Shown piece by piece: positions 53,825-64,000 of a stretch of 64,000 bases of DNA. Location of the stretch: NCBI RefSeq assembly GCF_006345805.1, contig NC_043007.1:28892001-28956000 (forward strand), given 5' to 3'. The number at the start of each line of letters is the position of its first letter. Within the stretch, counting starts at the first letter, position 1. The notes under the pieces are model-generated. The model was not told where the DNA came from and did no database searches. It was given only the letters and a program-made list of their open reading frames with translations. The DNA is from Octopus sinensis (lineage: Eukaryota). The translations under genes and the position numbers were made by a program.

Positions 53825-54682
53825 CATCATCATCATCATCATCTTTTAACGTACGCTTTCCATGCTAGCATGGGTTGGACGGTTCAACTGGGGTCTGGCA
53901 AGCCCGAAGGCTGCACCAGGCCAGTCAGATCTGGCAGTGTTTCTACAGTTGGATGCCCTTCCTAACGCCAACCACTCCGAGAGTGTAGTGGGTGATTTTA
54001 TGTGTCACCGACACAGGTGCCAGACGAGGCTGGCAGACGGTCACGCTCGAATGGTGTTTTTTATGTGCCACCGACACAGGTGCCAGACGAGGCTGGCAGA
54101 CGGCCACACTCGGATGGTGTTTTTTATGTGCCACCGACACAGGTGCCAGACGAGGCTGGCGAACGGCTACGATCGGATGGTGTTTGTTACGTGCCCACAG
54201 CACGGTGCCAGTCAATGCGGTACTGGCTACGGTCCCGTTCAGATGGTTTTCTTATGTGCCAACGGCACTGGTACCACAAGGATACAAATTTCATTGATGT
54301 TCATCTATTGATTTGATTCGATTTGACTTGACTTTCACTTGCCTAACAGGTCTTCACAAGTATCACAAGAAGGAAGGTATGCACAGGTGGACTGACTACG
54401 TCCCAGGTAGTGGCCATGGGTTATGGCTTCATTAGTCTTGCCGGGTCTTCTCACGCACAGCATACTTCCATAGGTCTCGGTCTCTAGTCATTTCCATGGT
54501 GAGACCTAACGTTCGAAGGTCGTGCTTCACCACCTCGTCCCAGGTTTTCCTGGGTCTACCTCTTCCACGGGTTCCCTCAACTGCTAGGGATTGGCACTTT
54601 CTCACACACCTATCTTCATCCATTCTCGCCACATGACCATACCAGCGCAATCGTCTCTCTTGCACACAACAACTGATGCTTC
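53825..54682 (-). mobile_element. Young RTE LINE 3' end
   Basis: ORF 54432-54665 [22 protein letters not shown]; UTR with tandem units. Confidence 0.9.
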
Positions 54683-54763
54683 TTATATATATATATATGT
54701 ATATATATATCTATGTATATATATATATAAATATATATATCTATGTATATATATATCTATGTG

Positions 54764-54817
<54 letters not shown>

Positions 54818-55230
54818 TGCATGTATATATCTATGTATATATCTATGCCTATATATATAGATAGAGTGGTTGTATAATGTCAACATAACATGACGGTCCT
54901 GTAAAGGGAATTACACCACTGCTCTATAGCCCTAGGAAGCATCGATGCTTCCTGTCAGCTTTGACACATTTCCTGTGTCTTTCCCTCTCTCTCTTTCGGA
55001 GAGGCACAAGCACCTACACGCACATATACACACACGGCAGTAACTTCCACCTACCGAATTCAATCACAAAGCTCCGGTCAGCTCGGGGCTATAGTGAAAG
55101 ACACCTACCCAAAGTGCCACGCAGTGGGACTGAACCCGAAACCATATAGCTAGGAAGCAAGCTCCCTAACCACACAGCCATGCCCGCTTGCAAATGGGAG
55201 GCAAGCACCCCACCAGCTAGGACTAGCAAT

Positions 55231-55274
55231 CTGAAGACATGCATGTTTCTGGGTCTTGCCTGTCATCAGTCCAG
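55231..55274 (-). ncRNA. Type I hammerhead ribozyme (stem II decayed)
   Basis: Minus strand cugga-CUGAUGA-CAGG(CAAGA)CCCA-GAAA-CAUGCAU-GUC-uucag. Confidence 0.75.
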
Positions 55275-55731
55275 GGTAGTGAGTCCCCGCTAGTGATGAT
55301 ACTTGCCAAGCCTCTGCAAATATATTTACAGTGACCGACCAGGCTATCAGATGTTGCTGCACATCGCTGGTCACAAAATGCGCTTCGCATTGTTTTAGCC
55401 TTCAAATCACGCCACCCTGCTGGCTAAGCAAGCAGGCCAATATATATATATATATACTTTCAACAATTGAGGGTAAAATTAATTATTAATCAATTTCACC
55501 AAGTGTTCAGTATGCAAAGGGACCATTCAAGGCGAATTCAAATTATTACATTATATAAAAGGGCTTAGTAAAATAAATTACTTTGCCGCATACTGAACTC
55601 ATTAGAAATAGCAGCTAAAAAACTTTTTTAAAGCTATTTCTAATACTTAAAGAAAATCTCTCTCATATATAGTGTTTGCTTAATTCAACTCACAAAAGTT
55701 TGGGGGTAAGGACATCGAAAAATCAAATGCT

Positions 55732-55802
55732 AAGGTTATTTGAGAACGTACGTTTCAAGATTAGTCAAAACAACACTTCTATCATCAGCTCAGAAATTCC
55801 TT
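55732..55802 (-). ncRNA. Type I hammerhead ribozyme, copy 1
   Basis: Minus strand ugag-CUGAUGA-stem II-GAAA-CGUAC-GUU-cuca. Confidence 0.82.
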
Positions 55803-55937
55803 GGTTTGGATTTGGAACACTGAAAATAAGAACATACCCTTTCGAAGATCTGCTCGTAACTAACAGTGCCAACAAATTCAATTGCTTAATTCAACTCACA
55901 AAAGTTTGGGGGTAAGGACATCGAAAAATCAAATGCT

Positions 55938-56008
55938 AAGGTTATTTGAGAACGTACGTTTCAAGATTAGTCAAAACAACACTTCTATCATCAGCTCAGA
56001 AATTCCTT
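55938..56008 (-). ncRNA. Type I hammerhead ribozyme, copy 2
   Basis: Same motif, offset 206 nt from copy 1. Confidence 0.82.
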
Positions 56009-56168
56009 GGTTTGGATTTGGAAACACTGAAAATAAGAACATACCCTTTCGAAGATCTGCTCGTAACTAACAGTGCCAACAAATTCAATTGAATTTGTTG
56101 GCACTGTTAGTTACGAGCAGATCTTCGAAAGGGTATGTTCTTATTTTCAGTGTTTCCAAATCCAAACC

Positions 56169-56239
56169 AAGGAATTTCTGAGCTGATGATAGAAGTGTTG
56201 TTTTGACTAATCTTGAAACGTACGTTCTCAAATAACCTT
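56169..56239 (+). ncRNA. Type I hammerhead ribozyme, copy 3 (inverted)
   Basis: CTGATGA 56183-56189, GAAA 56215-56218, palindrome AACGTACGTT, GUU ending 56226, stem I tgag/ctca extended by aagg/cctt. Confidence 0.82.
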
Positions 56240-56582
56240 AGCATTTGATTTTTCGATGTCCTTACCCCCAAACTTTTGTGAGTTGAATTAAGCAAACACT
56301 ATATATGAGAGAGATTTTCTTTAAGTATTAGAAATAGCTTTAAAAAAGTTTTTTAGCTGCTATTTCTAATGAGTTCAGTATGCGGCAAAGTAATTTATTT
56401 TACTAAGCCCTTTTATATAATATATATATATATATATATGTATGTATAAGAAAATAGTAAAGTGTGAAAAAACGACAGAAGGCTTAAATGTTAAAAAATA
56501 TATATATTTGTGTCAAAATGTCTGGAGAATATTGGAAAAATTTTTTTCCTTTCCTTAAAATGACATAATTTTAAAATTTTTA

Positions 56583-56622
56583 AAGAAATTACCGGTTTCG
56601 CGTGTAGCTTTTCAAATTTCTT
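56583..56622 (-). ncRNA. Minimal hammerhead ribozyme, U3-A8 variant
   Basis: Minus strand AAGAAAU-UUGAAAA-GC(UACAC)GC-GAAA-CCG-GUA-AUUUCUU. Confidence 0.75.
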
Positions 56623-56774
56623 GTGACGTTATGTTTATATTGCATGGAATTATCGTTGTTTTTATTTCCAGGAGATTTCTAAATAAGGGGAGGTAGTGAG
56701 TGATTTTTTCCGGTGTAGGGGAGATAATCGCTTAAAAATTTTTTTTTTTTTTTTTTTTTTTTTCCATTTCCTTG

Positions 56775-57885
56775 TTAATTTCTCTGTGTCAGTATGTTCG
56801 GATGGTTGAGTCTGGGTTTGTACTTTTCAATGAAGAATGTTTCCTTGTTCAGTCTCATTTGTGTTGATGATCCGAAAGCACATTGGTAAAATGGGAAGAT
56901 TAAAAATTGTGGCAGTAGTTGCTTTGCGCATTTCTCAATGTGCTCACTAAAAGGTATCATTCTATATTCTGGGAATGCAATCTGTTGTCGATGCAGTGTG
57001 CATCTGCGCCTGAGTGATAGTCCCGTGGAACCCACGTAGTCTTGGTGGCAGCCCGAGCATTTAATAACATAAATTATGTTTTCAGAGGCACAAGTAAAGT
57101 TAGATTTGATCTTAAATTTCTGTCCCTCTTTAAAGAGGAATTCTGATCCTTCCAATAGGTTAGGACATGTTGCACAGTTCGATCTACCACATTTTTTTAC
57201 TTTTGCATCCGTAATTTTAGAAGACAATTTTGCCTTTGTGAGAATCTTTTTAAGTGATTTAGGCTGTTTGTAGCTTTTAATGATTTGGTGTATGTTTAGA
57301 ATTTCCTTTAATTTTGGGTTTTTATGAAGTATTGGTAAATTCTGGGTGATGATGGTGAAGGCTTCTTTGTTTCTGGGGTTGTATGTAGATATGTAAGGTA
57401 GTATTTTCGGGGAAGGTGTGTGTTGTGTTGAACTTTTCTTAAAGTTTCTATGTTGATTTCTGTTGCACGTCTGATCCCATCCTCTATGAGTTGAGCTGGG
57501 TAATGTCTGTCAATTAGGGTGTTTTGAGTTCTTGCAGTCTAAAGTTCCTGGTATTTTGTTCTGACACTATTGTGCATATCCTTCTTGCAAGGTTGAAGGG
57601 GATGTTTGTTTTAGTGTGTCTTGGGTGGCATGAATTAAAAAGAAGGTATTGTTTGGCGTCTGTGGCTTTGTAAAAAATGTCTGTTTCTATTTTAAGGTTA
57701 ATTTTTTTAATTAGTATATCCAAGAACGGGAGCTCCTTTTGGTTGTATTCCATTGTGAACTGTATATTTGGGTTTATGCTGTTCAATAGGTTTTTAAATT
57801 TTAGGAGTTTATCTATGTTTTCATTCCAGAGAATGAAACAATCGTCTAGGAATCGTTTCCAATTCTCTTTTATGTATTGAGAGAG
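56775..57885 (-). pseudogene. PLE RT C-terminal half plus GIY-YIG endonuclease (left arm)
   Basis: WKRFLDDCF..IQFTME..LPFLD..YLLFNSCHP..CGRSNCATC..NIIYVIKCSGC..YVGST..RLN; frameshift(s) in homopolymers. Confidence 0.9.
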
Positions 57886-58967
57886 AACGATTCCTAGACG
57901 ATTGTTTCATTCTCTGGAATGAAAACATAGATAAACTCCTAAAATTTAAAAACCTATTGAACAGCATAAACCCAAAATACAGTTCACAATGGAATACAAC
58001 CAAAAGGAGCTCCCGTTCTTGGATATACTAATTTAAAAAATTAACCTTAAAAAAGAAACAGACATTTTTTACAAAGCCACAGACGCCAAACAATACCTTC
58101 TTTTTAATTCATGCCACCCAAGACACACTAAAACAAACATCCCCTTCAACTTGCAAGAAGGATATGCACAATAGTGTCAGAACAAAATACCAGGAACTTT
58201 AGACTGCAAGAACTCAAAAACACCCTAATTGACAGACATTACCCAGCTCAACTCATAGAGGATGGGATCAGACGTGCAACAGAAATCAACATAGAAACTT
58301 TAAGAAAAGTTCAACACAACAACACCCTTCCCCGAAAATACTACCTTACATATCTACATACAACCCCAGAAACAAAGAAGCCTTCACCATCATCACCCAG
58401 AATTTACCAATACTTCATAAAAACCCAAAATTAAAGGAAATTCTAAACATACACCAAATCATTAAAAGCTACAAACAGCCTAAATCACTTAAAAAGATTC
58501 TCACAAAGGCAAAATTGTCTTCTAAAATTACGGATGCAAAAGTAAAAAAATGTGGTAGATCGAACTGTGCAACATGTCCTAACCTATTGGAAGGATCAGA
58601 ATTCCTCTTTAAAGAGGGACAGAAATTTAAGATCAAATCTAACTTTACTTGTGCCTCTGAAAACATAATTTATGTTATTAAATGCTCGGGCTGCCACCAA
58701 GACTACGTGGGTTCCACGGGACTATCACTCAGGCGCAGATGCACACTGCATCGACAACAGATTGCATTCCCAGAATATAGAATGATACCTTTTAGTGAGC
58801 ACATTGAGAAATGCGCAAAGCAACTACTGCCACAATTTTTAATCTTCCCATTTTACCAATGTGCTTTCGGATCATCAACACAAATGAGACTGAACAAGGA
58901 AACATTCTTCATTGAAAAGTACAAACCCAGACTCAACCATCCGAACATACTGACACAGAGAAATTAA
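57886..58967 (+). pseudogene. PLE RT C-terminal half plus GIY-YIG endonuclease (right arm)
   Basis: Same protein; ORF 58515-58967 is identical in translation to 56775-57227. Confidence 0.9.
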
Positions 58968-59118
58968 CAAGGAAATGGAAAAAAAAAAAAAAAAAAAAAA
59001 AAATTTTTAAGCGATTATCTCCCCTACACCGGAAAAAATCACTCACTACCTCCCCTTATTTAGAAATCTCCTGGAAATAAAAACAACGATAATTCCATGC
59101 AATATAACATAACGTCAC

Positions 59119-59157
59119 AAGAAATTTGAAAAGCTACACGCGAAACCGTAATTTCTT
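59119..59157 (+). ncRNA. Minimal hammerhead ribozyme, U3-A8 variant (one G missing in stem III)
   Basis: aagaaat-ttgaaaa-gctacacgc-gaaa-cc-gta-atttctt. Confidence 0.65.
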
Positions 59158-59330
59158 TAAAAATTTTAAAATTATGTCATTTTAAGGAAAGGAAAAAAAT
59201 TTTTCCAATATTCTCCAGACATTTTGACACAAATATATATATTTTTTAACATTTAAGCCTTCTGTCGTTTTTTCACACTTTACTATTTTCTTATATATTC
59301 ACCCACGTGCTTTACCAAACAAACTTTCTT

Positions 59331-59363
59331 ATATATATGTATGTATATATATATATATATATG

Positions 59364-59404
<41 letters not shown>

Positions 59405-59416
59405 ATATATATATAT

Positions 59417-59476
<60 letters not shown>

Positions 59477-59495
59477 ATATATATATATATATAAT

Positions 59496-59530
<35 letters not shown>

Positions 59531-59620
59531 GTATATATATATATGTATATATATATATATGTATATATATATATTATATATATATATTGTGTTGTGTGTA
59601 TATATATATATACACACATA
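59331..59620. repeat. Long imperfect (TA)n tract
   Basis: Read directly. Confidence 0.95.
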
Positions 59621-59688
59621 TATGCTGATGAGTTGCAGACAATTACATAAATGAATACGTAAGCAATAACAATGAAACCAGGTTTGTG
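59621..59688 (+). ncRNA. Hammerhead-like motif at the start of a probable PLE terminal fragment (to ~59955)
   Basis: CUGAUGA 59625-59631, stem II guug/caau, GAAA 59674-59677, CCAG-GUU; stem I only wobble-paired. Confidence 0.5.
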
Positions 59689-60394
59689 ATTAATCTATAT
59701 TTTGTATCCTTTCGTTTGTCTTGCTCGCTTACGTTCTGCCGTTTGCTAGATTTTCTTGAGAACATTCCTTTCTTAGTGGTAAGACCATAGCGGATCTTCT
59801 TCTAACATAATGTATGTCCACTTACAGGCCATCCCTCTTATATGTAATATAAATTTTTCTGAAACTTCAGATTTTTCAATATGCTAAACCACTGGTTTTA
59901 AATTGATATTAATCAAATTAATAATCAATTTTTCACCCTTATTATTTTAAATTTATGCATATGTATATATGTGTATACACACACACACACAGAACATAGC
60001 CAAATTGGACTTCCTCTGAAGGATATCTGCAGTAATGCTGAGGGAGTCTCTCCAAGTCAAGCTCTTATTTCTCCACATTGAGAGGTAATAGCTCCAATAT
60101 TACAGACATCTAAGAATTTCATGGAAAAGTACTGTAAGATGTGTTCTTGAAGCTGTGCTAAGCACCAGGAGACTGAGTGGTAGGAATGAAATGGTTGGAT
60201 AAGGTCCATAATCTCAATTGGTCACACAAGGGAATCCAACTAGAAAATCAGTTGCTTGTGATGGGACCCTATGAAGGAGGTACCTGAGGACTCCAGCCCC
60301 ACTGCCCTCCCAGGAGTAGTGGGTGGAGAAGATGGAGACACATGTGCATACATACACACATAAATATACACACAGATACACATATATACATATA

Positions 60395-60700
60395 GATGCA
60401 GAGGATGTGTGAAAGCTTAAAATAAATGAGGCCAACATGCTCTACTGAATGTGCAATATCAGTGTGCATAATTGACAAAGTGTTGAAAGAAAAATTGGGC
60501 ATGCAAAGCGTTACATGTAGTGTGCAAGAGAGACAACTGCACTGGTATGGTTATGTGATGGGTATGGAGGAGGACAGCTGCATAAGGAAGTTGTCGATGA
60601 AGTGGTGCAAAATGACTTCCCTGAGGTCATAACGAAGAACTGAGACATAATTGGCAATTTGCTACACTTGAAGAAATCTGTCCAGCCAAGTAAAATCGAG
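60395..60700 (+). mobile_element. RTE LINE 3' remnant
   Basis: VQERQLHWYGYV. Confidence 0.7.
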
Positions 60701-62740
60701 ACCCCACTTCTGCACACAATATGACCCTGACAAATCTCTCTCCTAAATTCCCAACTTGTGCTCCCCACCCCTGTATTCTCCTCCCCTCTATCTGCCTCTC
60801 CCCCTCATGAAACCACCTGTATACAATATTCCTGTCAAATCTCTTTCCCACAACATATCCTTCCAATACACCCTCCTCCTACCCATCTCCACTCACTACA
60901 TTCTCAACCCCTCCATCATCCACTCTCCTTTCACAATCTCATGAAGTTTACCACCTACCCACCCACCTACTTATCCTGTTCAATCTCCAGTCCGCTTCAC
61001 CATATACAATTCCCCTGTGTGTACACCACGTCACATCTTCCCCTGATCTATCTCTCTCTCCCTCACCTGTTGTAGATATGAGTTTTATTTACAGCAAAAC
61101 ACCTATTTCTGTGTCTCAGTACAACCCCCACCTTCAGTTAAGGGGCCTTGTCATTTGGTGACCTCACTAGTGTTGGTGCCACCTAAAAAACACCAAATAT
61201 CCTCTATAAAGTGGTTGGTCTAATGAAGGGTGTTTGGTGTTTTTTAGGTGGTGTAATGAAGGACACCCAGCTATAGAAACCATACCAAGACAGACAGTAG
61301 AGCTTGTTGTACATACATACATATATATGCATATACACATACACGTAGATATACACATTTACATATATGTATATATATATATATAATATATATATATATT
61401 ACATACATATATACTCTCACAGTCTTATATACACATACCACTACACACATATACATACATGTACACACACACATACACAATTACATAGATATCAAGACTA
61501 CGACTCATCAGTCTCCATTTTTCTGTCTGATAAAATCCTAACAAGCCTCCATGACATGTGATTGAAATCAGCCTCTTCATCCTGGCATAGTTCACTAGTT
61601 TTCAAGTATGTTTTGATGCCAGCAGGGGATGTATAGCAAGTGGTGGTTGACTAAAGTTGCGTCTAGTCTTGTTCCTTGTGTTTACATAGTCTCACAGTGG
61701 AGACAATTTTAATAATTCACTGAAACACACTGAATCAGATATTTGGTTCAAAAATGTATTCTGTTGCCCACAAAGTAAGACGCATCCCCTCAATGATCTC
61801 TGGAGCAAGCCAATAAGTGGATGAGGGACCAATCTCAACAATGACAGGACAATGGACCATATGGAATTGACCACTTCTAGTTAACGAAACAGTTACCAGT
61901 TGCAGTGTTGTAACTACATACAACAGTCACAGGTTATATAATGCAGAGCACAAGATGTACAGTGCTCCATTTATATACATCCAGTATAACACATTGTTGT
62001 GTAGCTATATATACTATATGAAATATACTGCATCATTTATGGACAGTGTTCCGGCTTTATACATCAGTTACCAACTATATGACACAATATATCATCTATA
62101 CACACAGTATTACATCAGTCATATACACACACACAAAAAGAAGCACATTCAACTAAAGGGCAAAGAAGGAATCACTGGTTCATAGGTTTGCTGTGTCATC
62201 TCAATGTCATTTCTATCCTCTACTACAATGGTCTATGCTCCACTAAATTAATTACCCAATATATAATCATTCATTAGATACATTCAGATCTCCGAGCCCC
62301 ATCACTTCATGAAACACAATATCATTCCTTCCCAGAACTACTTTGCCAGCAGCAGACATCAACACCTAAACCTTGTGACATTGTTAATTACCAGCATGAA
62401 AGGAGAGCCTAAAAAGGTTAGTGCTACTCCTTCTCTTACAAATTAAGAATATCCCAGATAGAGATTTATACTGTAAACTTATTTTTTACATCAGTCAGTT
62501 TACAATCTTGAGCTTGTAGTAAATGTTATGATTACTGGACAACATCAAAATAGATCAAAGTAATCTCTCTTGGTGAAATAATTGAAGTTCACTATGTAGT
62601 TCACTGACTTAGTTTCATTCACATTCCATTCCTCTCTATCTCCTGTTAGGCACAACTTTCCAACTACACATCAGTACCACAATATTTTCAATATGCATAA
62701 CATTTAGGTAAGCTATTCTAACCAAGAAACTGTAACTTAC

Positions 62741-62904
62741 AGCATCACACACAACATCCACGTAGTCTCCATATAAGCAATCCGTCTGCACTATGAAAAT
62801 CAAGTCACGTAGGAAATTCTGTTCTTCAAAAGCTGTGGTATTAGCCTGACACTCATTACACTGGAGGATATCCACAAAAACCATATGGAGATTATCAGTA
62901 ATGC
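62741..62904 (-). CDS. Candidate internal coding exon of an unidentified host gene (164 nt, phase 1 to phase 0)
   Basis: Acceptor ttttggtag|, donor GCT|GTAAGT; single open frame (G)ITDNLHMVFVDILQCNECQANTTAFEEQNFLRDLIFIVQTDCLYGDYVDVVCDA; not repeat-like. Confidence 0.5.
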
Positions 62905-63914
62905 CTACCAAAATTCAATAAAAATTTGTATTCCTTTAGGTCTAGGGAGAGAGCAACTCCACTTCAGTGATTTGTTTTAGGGAACTTCAGAGACACAAGG
63001 ACGCAATCAAGATACTATGAATTAATATGTATATGAGTGTGTGTATATGTATGTGTGAGTATGTGCATGTGTGTGTATGTCTGTGTGTGTGAGTGGACAG
63101 TTTTTGATTCAAGCAACAATTGCTCAGAGTCATCTACACATATAAAACATCCAATTTTTTTAGATATTTGCTATGAGTGATGTTTACCTGAAAGTAACTC
63201 ATAATAAAACCCTTTTTAATAAATTTGATTGCCTTTAGGCCAGGCAGATCAATAGGGGCAAATTGTTACAAGCAAAACACACACACATATCAGTCGTGAA
63301 ACATCAAAATTACTGACAAACTTCTCTCTGTAAACAAACAAATGCTATATTTTGCATCTATGTATTGTATTGCTTTTTCAATAAATGTTTGAATGCTTTT
63401 ATGTATGATTATACATAAAACCCACACATTAATGTATATCATCATCACCATCATCATTACCACCAGTCGTTTTCACATCTACTTTTCTGTGCCTTCATGA
63501 ATCAAGAAAAATTTCATGAGACAGATTTGCTACAGCTTTCCTGTTTCAAATTAGCATGTGATCTCTTATGATAAAAGGCAGATTTTCTCTGCCTGTTCCC
63601 ATGTTCCTTTTTAATACAATTCTACAATATAGAATTTCTTCAATTGGAATTTACCTATGATTTTTCGAAGTAGATTCGATTGGGTCATGGCATATAAAGT
63701 TTTTTCAATTTGACCCCCAATTAAGCAAAAATTCGAGAAAACTCAATATTTTCCGATTTGCCTCTCTCATTTCAAGTGGTTTACTCCTGCTATTACCACC
63801 ACACTTTCTCCTACTTTCTCTTTGCAAGTGTGAAACTATTAAAGTGAAAGTATTATATAACAGGGACGAGCCATTAACATTAAATATTGACATACTTGAC
63901 ATTAAGCCTCTCTC

Positions 63915-64000
63915 TTTCTCTTTTACTTGTTTCAGTCATTTGACTGTGGCCATGCTGGAGCACCGCCTTTAGTCGAGCAAATCGACCCCGGGACTTATTC
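63915..64000. mobile_element. SINE, partial (runs off the window)
   Basis: Matches 5255-5337. Confidence 0.8.

Larger units (their letters stand above)
55457..56420. mobile_element. Non-coding PLE-terminal/retrozyme-like element: 206-bp tandem duplication plus fold-back palindrome
   Basis: 55676-55881 repeated at 55882-56088; palindrome centre CAA|TTG at 56088/56089; 56089-56420 is the reverse complement of 55551-55881; flanked by (TA)n. Confidence 0.85.
56445..59330. mobile_element. Neptune-type PLE, two 5'-truncated copies head-to-head (palindrome)
   Basis: 56445-57857 and 57886-59295 are near-identical reverse complements with a 28-bp spacer; both outer ends abut (TA)n. Confidence 0.92.

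Noticed and set aside
55676-56295. Three copies of a 62-79 aa ORF (MLNSTHKSLG...)
   Set aside because: Non-ATG starts, antisense to the ribozyme-bearing strand; by-product of the duplication
57858-57900. Both this PLE and the RTE at 2039 truncate at their catalytic DD motif
   Set aside because: Two cases from unrelated families; most likely coincidence
61690-61774. Possible plus-strand exon (..tttacatag| ... aaa|gtaaga)
   Set aside because: Short, unrecognised peptide, no partner exons; compatible with chance

Overview
AT-rich, microsatellite-dense eukaryotic DNA that is almost entirely transposon-derived. The repeat spectrum suggests a cephalopod (Octopus-like) intron or intergenic region; this is an inference. 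It holds many 5'-truncated RTE-clade and R4/Dong-clade LINEs, tRNA-derived SINEs, Tc1/mariner remnants, a non-autonomous Helitron, and Penelope-like elements (PLEs) of at least three types. The only plausible host coding sequence is one candidate exon (62741-62904, minus); most ORF-track entries are microsatellite noise. The standout is a dense cluster of hammerhead ribozyme (HHR) motifs at 52.4-59.7 kb. It includes (i) a 206-nt tandem HHR unit (retrozyme/circRNA-like) folded back into a palindrome, (ii) a 2.85-kb palindromic Neptune-type PLE whose ribozyme has a compensatory U3-A8 core, (iii) a ~130-nt rod-like HHR element, and (iv) a PLE terminal region with CRE/TATA motifs just upstream of an intact HHR. 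Further HHR-bearing PLE relics with 5' inverted duplications lie at 16.2 and 42.9 kb. Old-repeat boundaries are approximate and all family calls are by eye, without database searches.
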